64,000 nucleotides of DNA from Paramecium tetraurelia (lineage: Eukaryota): assembly GCA_000165425.1 (NCBI GenBank), contig CT868374.1, positions 62,001 to 126,000 on the forward strand. Reading direction: 5' to 3'. Both the position numbers and the translations under genes were made by a program. The notes below the pieces were generated by a model, which ran no database searches, was not told the origin of the DNA, and was given only the letters and a program-made list of their open reading frames with translations. Positions 37,432-48,687 of this stretch are shown piece after piece. Numbering within the stretch: the stretch's first letter is position 1; each line of letters begins with the position of its first letter.

Positions 37432-38234
37432 ACGTATATAATTTTATATTAATGATAATGCCAATTAAAATCGACTATTTATATATTCAAAAAGAATAGA
37501 TACAATCTCCATACTTTATAAAATTTACTAATTTATTTCACAGCTTTACTTTAATAATATCATTACTTCATTTACAAGAAACTCACTTGAACAATTTTAA
37601 TAAAATTATTATGCTTCTCTACTTCAATTTCTGAAAGGTGCAATTACTTCTTATCCCATATCTATTTAGTAAATAGATAATAAGGATTACAGGATATGAA
37701 ATTTTTGATTTTTGAGTTTCGACTGAAGTTCCTCTTCGTAAAGTTATTTTTTTAGTTCTTCCTAGCTGCTATATCAAGTAAATCTAAATTTATCTTTCCT
37801 ACTTTAGTTAGACAGTACAATAATTCAAAGAGAAACCTTGAATAAAATATTTGAATCAGATATTACTAAATAACTTTGAAATGCATGACAAATTTTATCT
37901 CTACTCCTTAACTCTTATTTGATCATTAATAGGATTGTTAAAATAAAATTATCATTTCTGAATCATTTATTTAATATTTATTGTAAAAATGCTTATTTCT
38001 GTGAATCAATAGTGCATTTAGGTGTTTCTTAGGACTGAAAGAACATTTGAGGAATGACTCAAACCATCTTCTTAGAAACGCATTCATAATTAATAAATCA
38101 TAGATGAAGAAATATCTTAACTTAATTATTGAAAGTGTATATTTGTAAGACTAAATTATAATATCAAATTAGATAATAAATGAATTATATATTTATAATA
38201 ATGAACTAAATTTTTGCTAATAAAAATCAGAACT

Positions 38235-38492
38235 TCACAGTGTTTTGTAAACTAGATATATTCTTAACAATTACTATTATAGTTTAGCAATTTGTCTATC
38301 AAATCTACATGTGTTAATATCATTCTTCTGCAACAATATCTCTCCAAACCCAATCTATCTAAGGATTCTCCAGTTGTCACACCATCTTAGAGTAATTGCA
38401 CATAATCACTCCATAAATGACCCACTACCTAAATGATTCAATTAACATCCAATTACCTTCCCACAAGTAAAGCATCTGATAGGAATAATCAT
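38235..38492 (-). CDS. RPB10: RNA polymerase I/II/III common subunit RPB10
   Basis: [18 protein letters not shown]...[29 protein letters not shown]; two tiny introns. Confidence 0.98.
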
Positions 38493-38550
38493 GAATTAAT
38501 TTTAATTATTAAATAAAATATTGTTTTCAGTCCATCTTATAACACTCTCT

Positions 38551-39633
38551 TCACTCTTCCAAATATAATTGAATATCTTATATGCAATTTGCATCTTGAG
38601 TCTTTAAAGTCTTTCCATCAATTTTGAATTTCCCATTCCATCCTTTTCTACTCTTTATGGATTTAATTCTCTTCCAAGACTGAGAACCACTCGTACTCTC
38701 ACACAAATCAATTGATACTCCATTGAAATTACACTCATAATACCCCAATGGACACAACATTCCATCATTTTATATCAATCCCAAAGTCATATCAATCTGA
38801 CCTAACAAATACTAAGACGCATCTCTTACTTATCCCTACTCCTGGTTTTTCTTACTCGTATTCAAACTTTCCCAATTGAATCATCAAAGCTCCATAAAAG
38901 TTAGAGATCTTGCTTACTCCATAAATCAAGTTTTCAGGAGTCCCTTCCAGATCTACAAACTCATCGGTCTTTTAGTTGATATTGATTAACGATTTTGACT
39001 TGACAACATTTTATGGTCCTGCTATATAACTATCATGTGTGAAACTAATTGTAATACCAAATAAGTAAGTCCTTTAAAAAATGTTCAGATTAATTATTCA
39101 ATGTAACATCAAAACTACTAGCTTATTATCTGGTTATTGATAATTAAAACTTCAAATCTCCTTTTTATGATTCTTTTTGAAATCCAGCCAAAAATATTTA
39201 CACAGTTGGAGTCACCCAAAATTCTCTTACAAATTAATATTTATATCCTACCTTCCAAAATTGATTGTTGTGCTTTTTTGGATGGTCTCACAATTTACTT
39301 TAAATCTATCGTCAATCACTGCAAACCACTAATATTCGAGATGATCAATTTTTGATTTATGATTCGTTATCTAGAATTAAAATCCTTCATAAAAATACGT
39401 CTCGTACCTTATTGAGTGATTTATAGTAGTTTAGGTTCAATCCCTATAGTTCTTGGGACCTCGTTGTTAACATGTAATGCTATCAAGGATATGCCGACTT
39501 ATGGAATTGATTCGAATTTTTAGTCAAACTAAACAAAAGCCAATCTCTTGTCATGAGGAAACAGAACATCGAAAGTTACTTTTCCTATTTACAAATTGAG
39601 AACTTAATTCACAAAAAGTATTATAAATAACAT
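38551..39633 (-). CDS. Secreted H-type-lectin-repeat protein with C-terminal beta/gamma-crystallin-like domain
   Basis: Signal MLFIILFVNQVLN; VQFDQKFESIPQVGISLIALH...YQWFA and INFGREFWVTPTVQIFLAGF (H-lectin-like); CPLGYYECNFNGVSIDLC...IKSIK (crystallin-like); three introns. Confidence 0.72.
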
Positions 39634-39888
39634 TTTATTAATGAATTGTATAATTAATTAAACAAGCTATGCTTTGCTATCTCCTACAAATATTAAGATT
39701 TGAGAGAGAAGAAATTCCATTATGATCATATCAATGAAACGATTCAGTTACTTATGCATATGGGTAATAAGATAGTATCGGGTTTTGTGTAAAATTTGAT
39801 TCTCAGATAGTAAACAGGAAACCCAAATATATTATTTTGCTATTGTTGAATATTTCCAATTTTCCAATTATAATATAATATCTCAAAA

Positions 39889-41454
39889 TCATATTAGATT
39901 ATATCTTTGGAATTTTTTGGTCTGAAAACTCCAAATGACCAAGCAATTTCCATCGTTTGTAAGACTTCCATAATTATATTAATCCTAACAATCAACTGGC
40001 TAGCAGATCTAAACGAATTAAGTATCCATTTACTTTTTTAAAATATACACGTATTAACCATGTTTCTAAATTAGAATACCTTACTTCTAATTATAAACTG
40101 TTGGAAATAAGTCTTCATCCTCAGATGAATTCTCACTTAATTTAATTTGAAGTTTAGGCTGTTGAATGAATTATTCATTTTCTTCATAAAACACTTATGA
40201 TATCGGTTTGCTCCATTATTAACAGATAATTGTTTATTTATTTATAAATGCCATACGACCAAAGTAATCATTCATAAATTAATTTACTGTTTATTTATAT
40301 TGCCAACCTCCATTTTTGTCCTTAATCCAAATCAATAGGAATTTATCAGCATCCGAAGAAGCCATAATAGATTCTGATTCATCCATACAAATACAAAAAA
40401 GAGAAGACTTGTGTTAGTCCAATGTTTAAGAAATCTTCATCATCTTTTGTTAATTAAGCTCAATAATTTTTATTAGAGGATCCTTCCCAATACTAATGAT
40501 TTATTGATTAGAATGATTAAACAAGAGTCCTGTGACTCCTCTACTAAAGACAGCTAGCTTGGTTGATTACCAAACATTAGGCTATATCTTTTTCCAAAAT
40601 CGAATTTCTCCGTCTTCTCCTCCAGATATAAAATATCTATCTTCATTAGTAAAAACTAGACTAGTAACCAATTTTGTATGTCCATATAATAATAATGAAT
40701 TGTCTTGAATTGTTCCATCAATTAGTTTCCATAATTTAATAATTTCTCCACTTCCTGATATCATAAGAGTATTGTTTTTATTAAATGCTATAGCTAAACA
40801 TGTCTCATTCTATTCGATAGACTATTTTATTTCCAATTTCCCCTGGTCATTTGTCGAAGTTGATGTGCTCAGATCGCAAATAAACTAAGATCCATTTTAA
40901 TTATAGCTTAGAGAAATTTCATTCTCATTTATATTCTGTTTCTCAGTTCCATACTCATTCTCATTATATTTCTCAATTTAAATCGTTTTCTAATTCTCAG
41001 GTACAATTGTTTTATTCTCATTCTATTTCTTATTTTCAGCATTAATATTCTCGTTCATATTTATCAAGTCTTGCCTCTTAATTTGATTGCTATTTTGTTA
41101 ATAAGTTGTCTTCGCTTAGTTTTTCTCATTCTCAACCTATTATTGTTCTGATGTCCAAAACTCAATTACATTAATATACATATTTAATCGATTCACACAA
41201 TCTAACAATTTCATTTCAATGTAAGGTTGGCAATCTTTAAAAATCTTTGATAACGAATTAATCTCTATTGATCTATTTTAATTAATTATGCTTTCTTCTA
41301 ATTCTATTAGTTTGCTTAAACAATTTTCCATAATTTTAAACAAATCGAGTATTTTGAGTTTAAAATTTTAAAATAGTTCTTAGTATTCAGTAGATATATC
41401 AAAAACCTTCTAATTAGTGCCTGCTTAATTTTTCTCGATGAACTAATCTTTCAT
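39889..41454 (-). CDS. WD40-repeat protein with N-terminal coiled coil (Paramecium-expanded family)
   Basis: CLAIAFNKNNTLMISGSGEIIKLWK, GHTKLVTSLVFTNEDRYFISGGEDGEIRFWK, QHKSSLFCICMDESENLMASSDADKFLLIW. Confidence 0.88.
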
Positions 41455-41818
41455 TAAAATTGATTTTAATTTTTTAAATAAATTAATTCATTTTTCTATC
41501 CTAAAAATATTTAATAATTTATATTAAATTATATCCTCTTTTTATAATTATTATACTCCTATAATTCTTCGATCTTTCTCTCCATGCGCATCCTCCTAAT
41601 CTTGTCAAAAAACTATTATTTTGAAATTAAAAAATTTAAGTGATTTTTTATCAAACCTTATATTTGGTTCTTTTGTATTTATTTTAATCGAACTCCTACC
41701 TTATTATTTAACCATTCATAACTAATTGCCATATTAACATATATTCCTCTTAATCTATAATTTATATTTAATAATAAAATATTAAATATTTATTAATATA
41801 TTATTTATATTTTATACA

Positions 41819-42286
41819 ATGTCAATCAATGTCATACTAGAGTGTCCGTCTAAAAGTAAGAGATATAACATTGAAATCACAAATGATGTCACACCATTTT
41901 AACTAGAATAGGAATTTAAAGAGCAATTTTTTAATAAAGAAGAAAATCTCAGGTTTTATTTTCAAAATCAACTTTTGATTCATAACAAACCATTAGTCGA
42001 ATAAAAAGTCGTTAAAGGTTCCTTAATAATCATAGGAGTTTCATATAAAATAAGCTTGAACGTGCCAATCCTGAATAAATTATATTAGGTAGATATTGAT
42101 GAGTTTTGGACGACAGCAGATTTGACTAAAAAGCTTTTAGAGCTGCTATAATTCAGATCAGAGGAAGTCTCATACTAACTAGGGTTATAGGTTTTAAAAC
42201 CATAAATTTGGTTGTCTAAATAGGATGTAATAAGCTAATGTACTGTAACAGTGAACATCCAATAAAGGGGAGGTAGATAAGCTTGA
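41819..42286 (+). CDS. Tandem (di-) ubiquitin-like protein ending in RGG plus a 3-aa extension (155 aa)
   Basis: Two beta-grasp-like repeats (MSINVILECPSKSKRYNIEI...LRFYFQNQLLIHNKPLVEQKVVKGSLIII; YKISLNVPILNKLYQVDIDEFWTTADL...LSKQDVISQCTVTVNIQQRGG) then RQA-TGA; intronless. Confidence 0.8.
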
Positions 42287-42615
42287 TTAGTATTGCAAAA
42301 CATATTATCAGATAATTCATAAACCTTTTTCTATTAAATTATTTATGGATTTTTAATTTAAAAATACCAAAATATATATAAAAAAACTAAACAATCTTGT
42401 TTTTTTCTCAAATATTTAAAAGTTACTATCAATAGAATTAAATTTTAATTCTACATGAATTAAATATTGTATATCACATTCTAAAAAGAATTCTAAATAT
42501 TGATTGAAATTCAATTAATATGGGGAATCCTTACTTTCTCAAATTCTACAATAATACTAATTAGGGAGAAATATATTCTGGGTTTATAAAAATATATATA
42601 TTTTGTTTATTTGAA

Positions 42616-43516
42616 ATGCTCAAGTGTTTAACCAGAAAGTCTGATCCAGTTTGTAAATCTCAAAGTTACAAGTTAAAAAATCGAAAATATCGGGAAGAGT
42701 AGATAATTGCAGAGGGAGGGTATGCATATATTTGGAAATGTGAGAACTTTGCTATAAAAAGAATATTCATCCAATCCTAAGAAGTCTATAAAATGGCAAT
42801 GTAAGAAATAAGTATAATGGTATGAATGGGATTTAACATAGACAAGATTACCAGAACATCCAAATATTGTGAAATTAGTCGATTATGGAGAGGTTAAAAT
42901 ACAAAACAAAATGTTTGTTTGTCTAGTAATGGAATTTTGCTAAAGCAACTTATTTTCTGTTTTATAGCAGGAAGTATTAAGTGAGAGAAGAATTATAGAG
43001 ATATTTAAATAAATTCTTGATGGATTGGAAGTATTGCATGCAGAATAGATTAGTCATAGAGATTTAAAACTTGAAAATATACTTTTACAAGGGGAATCCT
43101 TTAAGTTGTGTGATTTTGGATCAGCATCCAATGAAATCATTGACCTCAGCCAATTGAACAAGGCGTAATTGCTATAGTAAGAGGAGGTGTTCTCTTAAAC
43201 AACCACTATTACATATAGACCCCCCGAGATGATTGATGTATTGACAAGATAGGTGATAGATACAAAAGTGGACATCTGGTAATTGGGATGCATTTTGTAT
43301 AGCATGTGTTTTCGTAAATCGGCATTCTCAGAATAGAACAAAATAGGAATTGCACAGGCATTATTCGAAATTCCTTAATCCTAAATTTCGATAAGTACTG
43401 TGACATTGATTTAAAAAATGTTGTAATAAGATCCAAAGAAGAGGCCGACGATCAAAGAGATCAAGATTTCATTGTATGGTGGTACAGAGGAGGATGAATG
43501 GGGTGAATTCTAATGA
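42616..43516 (+). CDS. NAK-family (AAK1/GAK/STK16-like) protein kinase
   Basis: IAEGGYAYIW, AIKR, HPNIVKL, HRDLKLENILL, KLCDFGSA, TTITYRPPEMID, IDTKVDIWQLGCILY; one intron; ends EEDEWGEFQ-TGA. Confidence 0.92.
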
Positions 43517-43588
43517 TTAATTGCTCTGTGTTACTGATAGATTTATCAAAATAGATAAAACTTTGTAAAATTTGTGAGTATTGCAAAA

Positions 43589-45480
43589 TCAAAATATATC
43601 ACAGGCTGTGTATTTACCATCTCTTGCTTGGAAACATGCAGTTCTTTTCAAAATGCCAGGCTATGGTGGTGGTATTAGTTCTTATTGTTGTGCTGCTGTC
43701 TAATATGGTTTGATTTCTTGGGGTTTAGGTTATTAATAAGTAGGTGGAGGTATTTGTTTATTTTCCTTCTTTTAAAATTCCTCCTCTTAATTTTCAGTAG
43801 CTCCTAGAACAACAGGTCCTGCAGGCAATGCATTGGGATATGGGGGGTGAAATTCAGATTTACTGAAATGATATTGTTTATAGGATTTCCTTAATGATTA
43901 AGATTATCTAAATCTAGTTGAATCAAGAGGTTCTTCAACAAAATTTTTTGATTCACTAGGATATCCATTAGATTACTATAAAAATTGACTCTTCCTTTCA
44001 TAGGGTTCTTCTTCAATAACTGGGAATTTGGAGAGTTGTCTCTCTTCAACATTTTAGTTTTATCTGTAACTTTATTTTCCCTGATTCGATTGCTAATTGC
44101 TCTGTGGCTGTGAAGCAAAATGGAAATCTTGGAAAGATATATGTTGTATCTCTCGAGATGACTCTGAATTCACATTCTGGAACTCCAACCTTTATGGTTT
44201 CTATATGCTACTTTCATAACCGAAATTCTATGTTAATTGGGATGGTCTTTCATCTGTTTATCTTGATTATATCAATTTATTAGATGCTTATTGAGTAGGT
44301 TAGACAGCAGGTAGATTCATTTTAGAATCAAAATATTCCTGTTTCAAGGATTCCTGGAGATTGAGAGTCTGCGATTCCTGTTGTGGTTTCTTAAATGGAG
44401 CCTAGTATGCTTGGTACTTTTATTAATTGTATGGTTCTGATCGCTTGGATCTTTAGGATTTGACACTTGGTTCGTAGTTTTGAGTTGGATAGTTTTGCTG
44501 CTGCTACTCTTAGGGTTTCTCAATTTGGATTGTAGGTTAGGGAGGCCAATATTGCTTAATCTTAGGCATGGTTCCACCGAACTATACTTCCAATTGGCTC
44601 GGATCGAAATACTCTTGCAATTTGGAGAAATCCTTCTTTTGCAGAAATTGTATTTTCTTGTTTGATCTCTCATCAATAAATTCTAAGTATATTAATGGAT
44701 TCATTTACTCGAAACCAAACTCCAAGACATGTTGAGCCCCATTGATGGATTCAACAGATAGAGTTTCTCCAAATTTCCTACGTAATGGGAAGCAGCTGTC
44801 GATATAATCTTCTTCAGAATCTCTATTGGCAAACTCAAGAGCCCTAATTCTGCAGTGTCAATTAAAATTATCCAATTTTCAACGAATCCTTCATAAAAAC
44901 AATATTGCTAAGTAATCATAAAAACGGTGTTTAAAGCTGCTAGGAATTCTTCACCTTTGATATTCTTTTGATCAATTAAACCCACTTAGAAAATCACTGA
45001 TGGCCTGAATTTTTTGTCTCTGCCCCCCATATAAATAATTCCTTTGTCCTAGAATTCAATCTCAAACAATTACCAAAATCGCCTATGATCCACTATTCAA
45101 TTAGAATGTAGAAGGATTGTTCAACCACTCTTCATGATTCTTTATTCCGTTGTAGGTTTCATCTAAACCAAAACGAAATGAATACAAGAATCGATATAAC
45201 AAAATGTCAGGATAATGACTACGATTCTTACATAAATAAATACCTAGCCATTCCATTTAATTTAGTCTTCAATTAGCCTAGCATTTACTACTCATATTGG
45301 TCAAATGGCACTCCGCCACCTCCATTACCATATATCTTTCTGATAGCTTATTTTCCTGTTCCTTCCTTTACATAGTTGGCTAAAATTATAATATATAGAA
45401 ATACCAGGGTGAGTTACTGCTCTTGCCTAATTCGGACTAATAGTGAGATAGTCATACGTGGAACCAAATAATTTTTACAT
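43589..45480 (-). CDS. CRAL-TRIO (Sec14-like) lipid-binding protein with long disordered tail
   Basis: GRDKKFRPSVI, VENWIILID, HYVGNLEKLYLLNP, FIDERSNKKIQFL, FDPSQLEVQFGGT...YWPP; P/Q/S-rich tail ending ACDIF-TGA. Confidence 0.88.
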
Positions 45481-45661
45481 TTTTTTGTATTAATAAATTT
45501 AATTTATTCAATATTTCTTGGCCATTTAATCTTGTCTCTTTGAAAGACTAGTTCGTATTTAATTTCCAAGAGCAGATCCAATGATGTCTACAATACTACA
45601 AGTTTATAATTCAAATAATATATATAGAAATAAAATAATTTAAATTATATTTTATTATAAA

Positions 45662-46914
45662 ATGAAAACAGAATCAGATAATGAAATAGAGACTCTATAA
45701 ACCATGTGGAAAAACATTAAGTACTTTGATATCTAATAAATAGACAACGCATGGAATCCAAACACGATGATTCAGATATTTTGCAATAGCCTCCACAACA
45801 AATTACGATCAATAGCCCATATGCAGCTAAGAATTATCAAGTGTAAATTTAAGCTTTGCAAGATGAATTGTTCTAAAAAAATACCAAACTAATAACTGCT
45901 CAATAGTAATTGAATCAAATTAGCGATGAAAATTCATAATTATAGGATGAATTGGAGTAAGTGAAAGTTGAAAATTCGTTAATGAAATAGAAGTTAGAGT
46001 TGATTGAATCCTAAATAGATTCGATCTAAGCTGACAAAGATAGTCTAAAATTAATAAGATTAGAGAACGAATAGTTGAGAATGGATGTAAAAAAATTGCT
46101 TGAATTATTGAGAAATACAAAAGAATACAACAACATAGGTTTTGATGAAAGTCAATCTTATGTTAAAGGCAGTGTTAAATTTGACACTAGAAAATCCAAG
46201 TTAAATGAAACGTATATATTAGTAACAACATATTCATAGAAATTGGGTGCCCACCAAATGCATTGAATTGATGTAAGATTATGACAATAAGGAAGAAGTC
46301 TTGTTATAATTAAGTAGCTAATTTCAAAATTGTTACTAAGATAAAATAAATAAATTGAAGTAGTCATCTTAATAAGAAATTGAATAATTAAAAAGGTAAT
46401 TAGATAGCAGAACAACAGTCGATGGAGTGTTATAATAAAAGCAAATAGAAAGGCTGAAAAAATAAAAAAATGCAAGTGGCAAAGATAAAGTGGACATCTC
46501 TTAATTGCAAGATTGTTTTAACTTGATCAAATAAAAGGAATAATAGATTTTAGAACTTTAGTAAAAGATCCAAGAAATGAGTTAGTAAATGAATGCAGAT
46601 GAAAATTACAGCAGTATGAAAAAGCAAGTATTCATAGAAGGGGCTTAATGGATATGTATTATATAATCAAACTATAAATAGTGGCTAAAATATTGGATGA
46701 AGTAGTTGCCTATGAAATCAGTTTGAATGAATTAAACTATGATGTAGCAATCAAAATAGAAAGTCTAATGAGTTCAGAGGATATTGTTTAATAATAAATC
46801 ATAAACAAGGTTTATTATTGGATAACTGATACTTCAAGAGAGTTAATTGACACATTCAAAGATAAGTTATAATCAATTATGAATACTACAAATAGTAGGA
46901 TATAATAGTTATGA
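45662..46914 (+). CDS. Coiled-coil protein
   Basis: MKTESDNEIETLQTMWKNIK...LENEQLRMDVKKLLELLRNTKEY...NWVPTKC; several tiny introns. Confidence 0.7.
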
Positions 46915-46941
46915 ATATAAAATATATATATATAAATAAAC

Positions 46942-47963
46942 TCAATTGAACTTAAATTTCTATTTGTAAAACTAATTCAAAATGGTAGTAACAATTATGA
47001 TGAGGATTACATATAACGTTTCCTTAAATATGTAGGTAATATAATCTATTAGAGATTGTTCTAAAATAAAGTAGGAAACGAAAATGAGTATGGCCAAGGT
47101 CAGTGATCCGACTATGACTCTGTGATAGGTGATTTGCTCATATTTCTCGTTTAATTTCTTCAGTTGAACCAACATCAATGCGAATAGCAATAGGATTGAA
47201 TTATTAAGTATGAATCTAAAATAATTAGTTATAAAATAGTACAAGTATGTTATTGAAAATACATATCCAAAAATTAATAATAAGTAGATGTCGAGACCTA
47301 TAGAAATTAATAAGGTATAAAGAAGTTAGTATTTGATGATTAGTGTAAATATATTATTATATATACAAATACTCCAATCATGGCTTTTGCAATTTTATTT
47401 GCAATCCCAACAAAATTCAAATTTACAAACTTAACAAGTCATGTGTGAACAACCACCGTTTTTAGTAATTTTAACTTCACACCTAGGACATTAATATGTA
47501 GTGATAAATTCAGTGATTTCATTCAATAGTGTTTTATACGAAATCTGTTCATAATTTTCTAAGCGGGTTTAACAGATTTCACAAATATCAACACATTTAG
47601 CCTTACAAGGTTTTAAATAGTAGAATTCACAATTGTTATTTGGACATTATTAGATGTCAATAGATTTTCTGCAATAGCTTTTAAATAGTTGATCATGAAC
47701 ATCTTAAATGAAGGAATTTTAGATGGCTAATTGTTGGATGGAATCAAAATAAAGAGTTTTCTAACATCCACCGGGACAATCAATATTTAAATGTGTACCA
47801 TCAGAAGTCCAAAATTCTTCTATTTTTATCTAATTAAAAATAATGCATAACCAAAAACCTTGGTGTAGTGTTTAATACATTTCAAACACACCTTGCAATA
47901 GCATTCCAACAAGGCTATCTCTGCGTGCTCATAACAGATTTGGCAGGTATTTTGAACTTGCAT
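46942..47963 (-). CDS. RBR (RING-IBR-RING) E3 ubiquitin ligase with multi-pass C-terminal membrane anchor
   Basis: RING1 CQICYE..CYCKVCLKC..CPGGC; IBR-like CPNNNC..CEIC; RING2 [30 protein letters not shown]; then 3-5 hydrophobic helices. Confidence 0.9.
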
Positions 47964-48167
47964 ATTAAATATTAATAATTTATAAATTTTTATAATAAAT
48001 GAATCAGAAACAAAAATAAGAGAAGGAATAACGAATTTTAATATTTATATATGAAAATGCCTCTAGAGTGTAATATCCAGTCATTGTAGTAACGTGAGTA
48101 ATGAATAGCTGTAAATTCGATCTTAATTGGATGGTTTATTAAAAAATAAATTATATTATACATTGAT

Positions 48168-48642
48168 ATGGATTAGGAGAAGACAAAGAAAACATAGAAG
48201 GATTACGACATTGAGGCAGCCGAAGAGTTGAAATAGCTCAAACTTCCAGGAGATTTGGTTGGGAATGTGGCTGCGACACTGTTAAAGTCAGTTCAGAAAG
48301 TGTAGAATGAAGATATTAAGCTCCTTGCTCTATCGAAGTTTCATCAGACTCTATGCAAATTCACAGTTCAAAATGTTTCAGGGGTAAATGTGAGGACAAT
48401 TAAGTTAGGAATTGCTTCAAAAGTTGCCAAATGATAAATTGCTCGTCTTCTTTGATTATGTGAATTATTCATTCGAGTGTTTGAGCAAGGGCTTGAAGAT
48501 ACCTGAAACCAGCAACTCATACAATGCAACCTTCTTGTTGAACGTTTATAATAAATTAGTAGAATTACGAGGATTGCCAATTATTATAGAGTCAATAAGT
48601 TAGAAGAAAACATTACCAACCCAAATTATTACAATTAAGTGA
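48168..48642 (+). CDS. Arp2/3 complex 16-kDa subunit (ARPC5)-like
   Basis: About 149 aa, helical. LLVFFDYVNYSF and ATFLLNVYNKLVELRGLPIIIESISQKKTL resemble the ARPC5 C-terminus; one 25-nt intron. Confidence 0.55.
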
Positions 48643-48687
48643 CATATATATATAATAAAACCGGGCAAAAATTTAAATTAAAATATT

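Noticed and set aside
37450..38200. Possible minus-strand gene between paralog B and RPB10
   Set aside because: Frames are broken by TGA and show no recognisable motif; at best a relic.
38492..38700. Alternative open frame running from the lectin gene 3' end into the RPB10 ATG
   Set aside because: RPB10 begins at the conserved MIIP. Long TGA-free frames arise easily with a single stop codon.
48050..48140. Possible ncRNA between the RBR and ARPC5-like genes
   Set aside because: Only a 7-bp imperfect stem, with no box motifs or known snRNA/tRNA signature.
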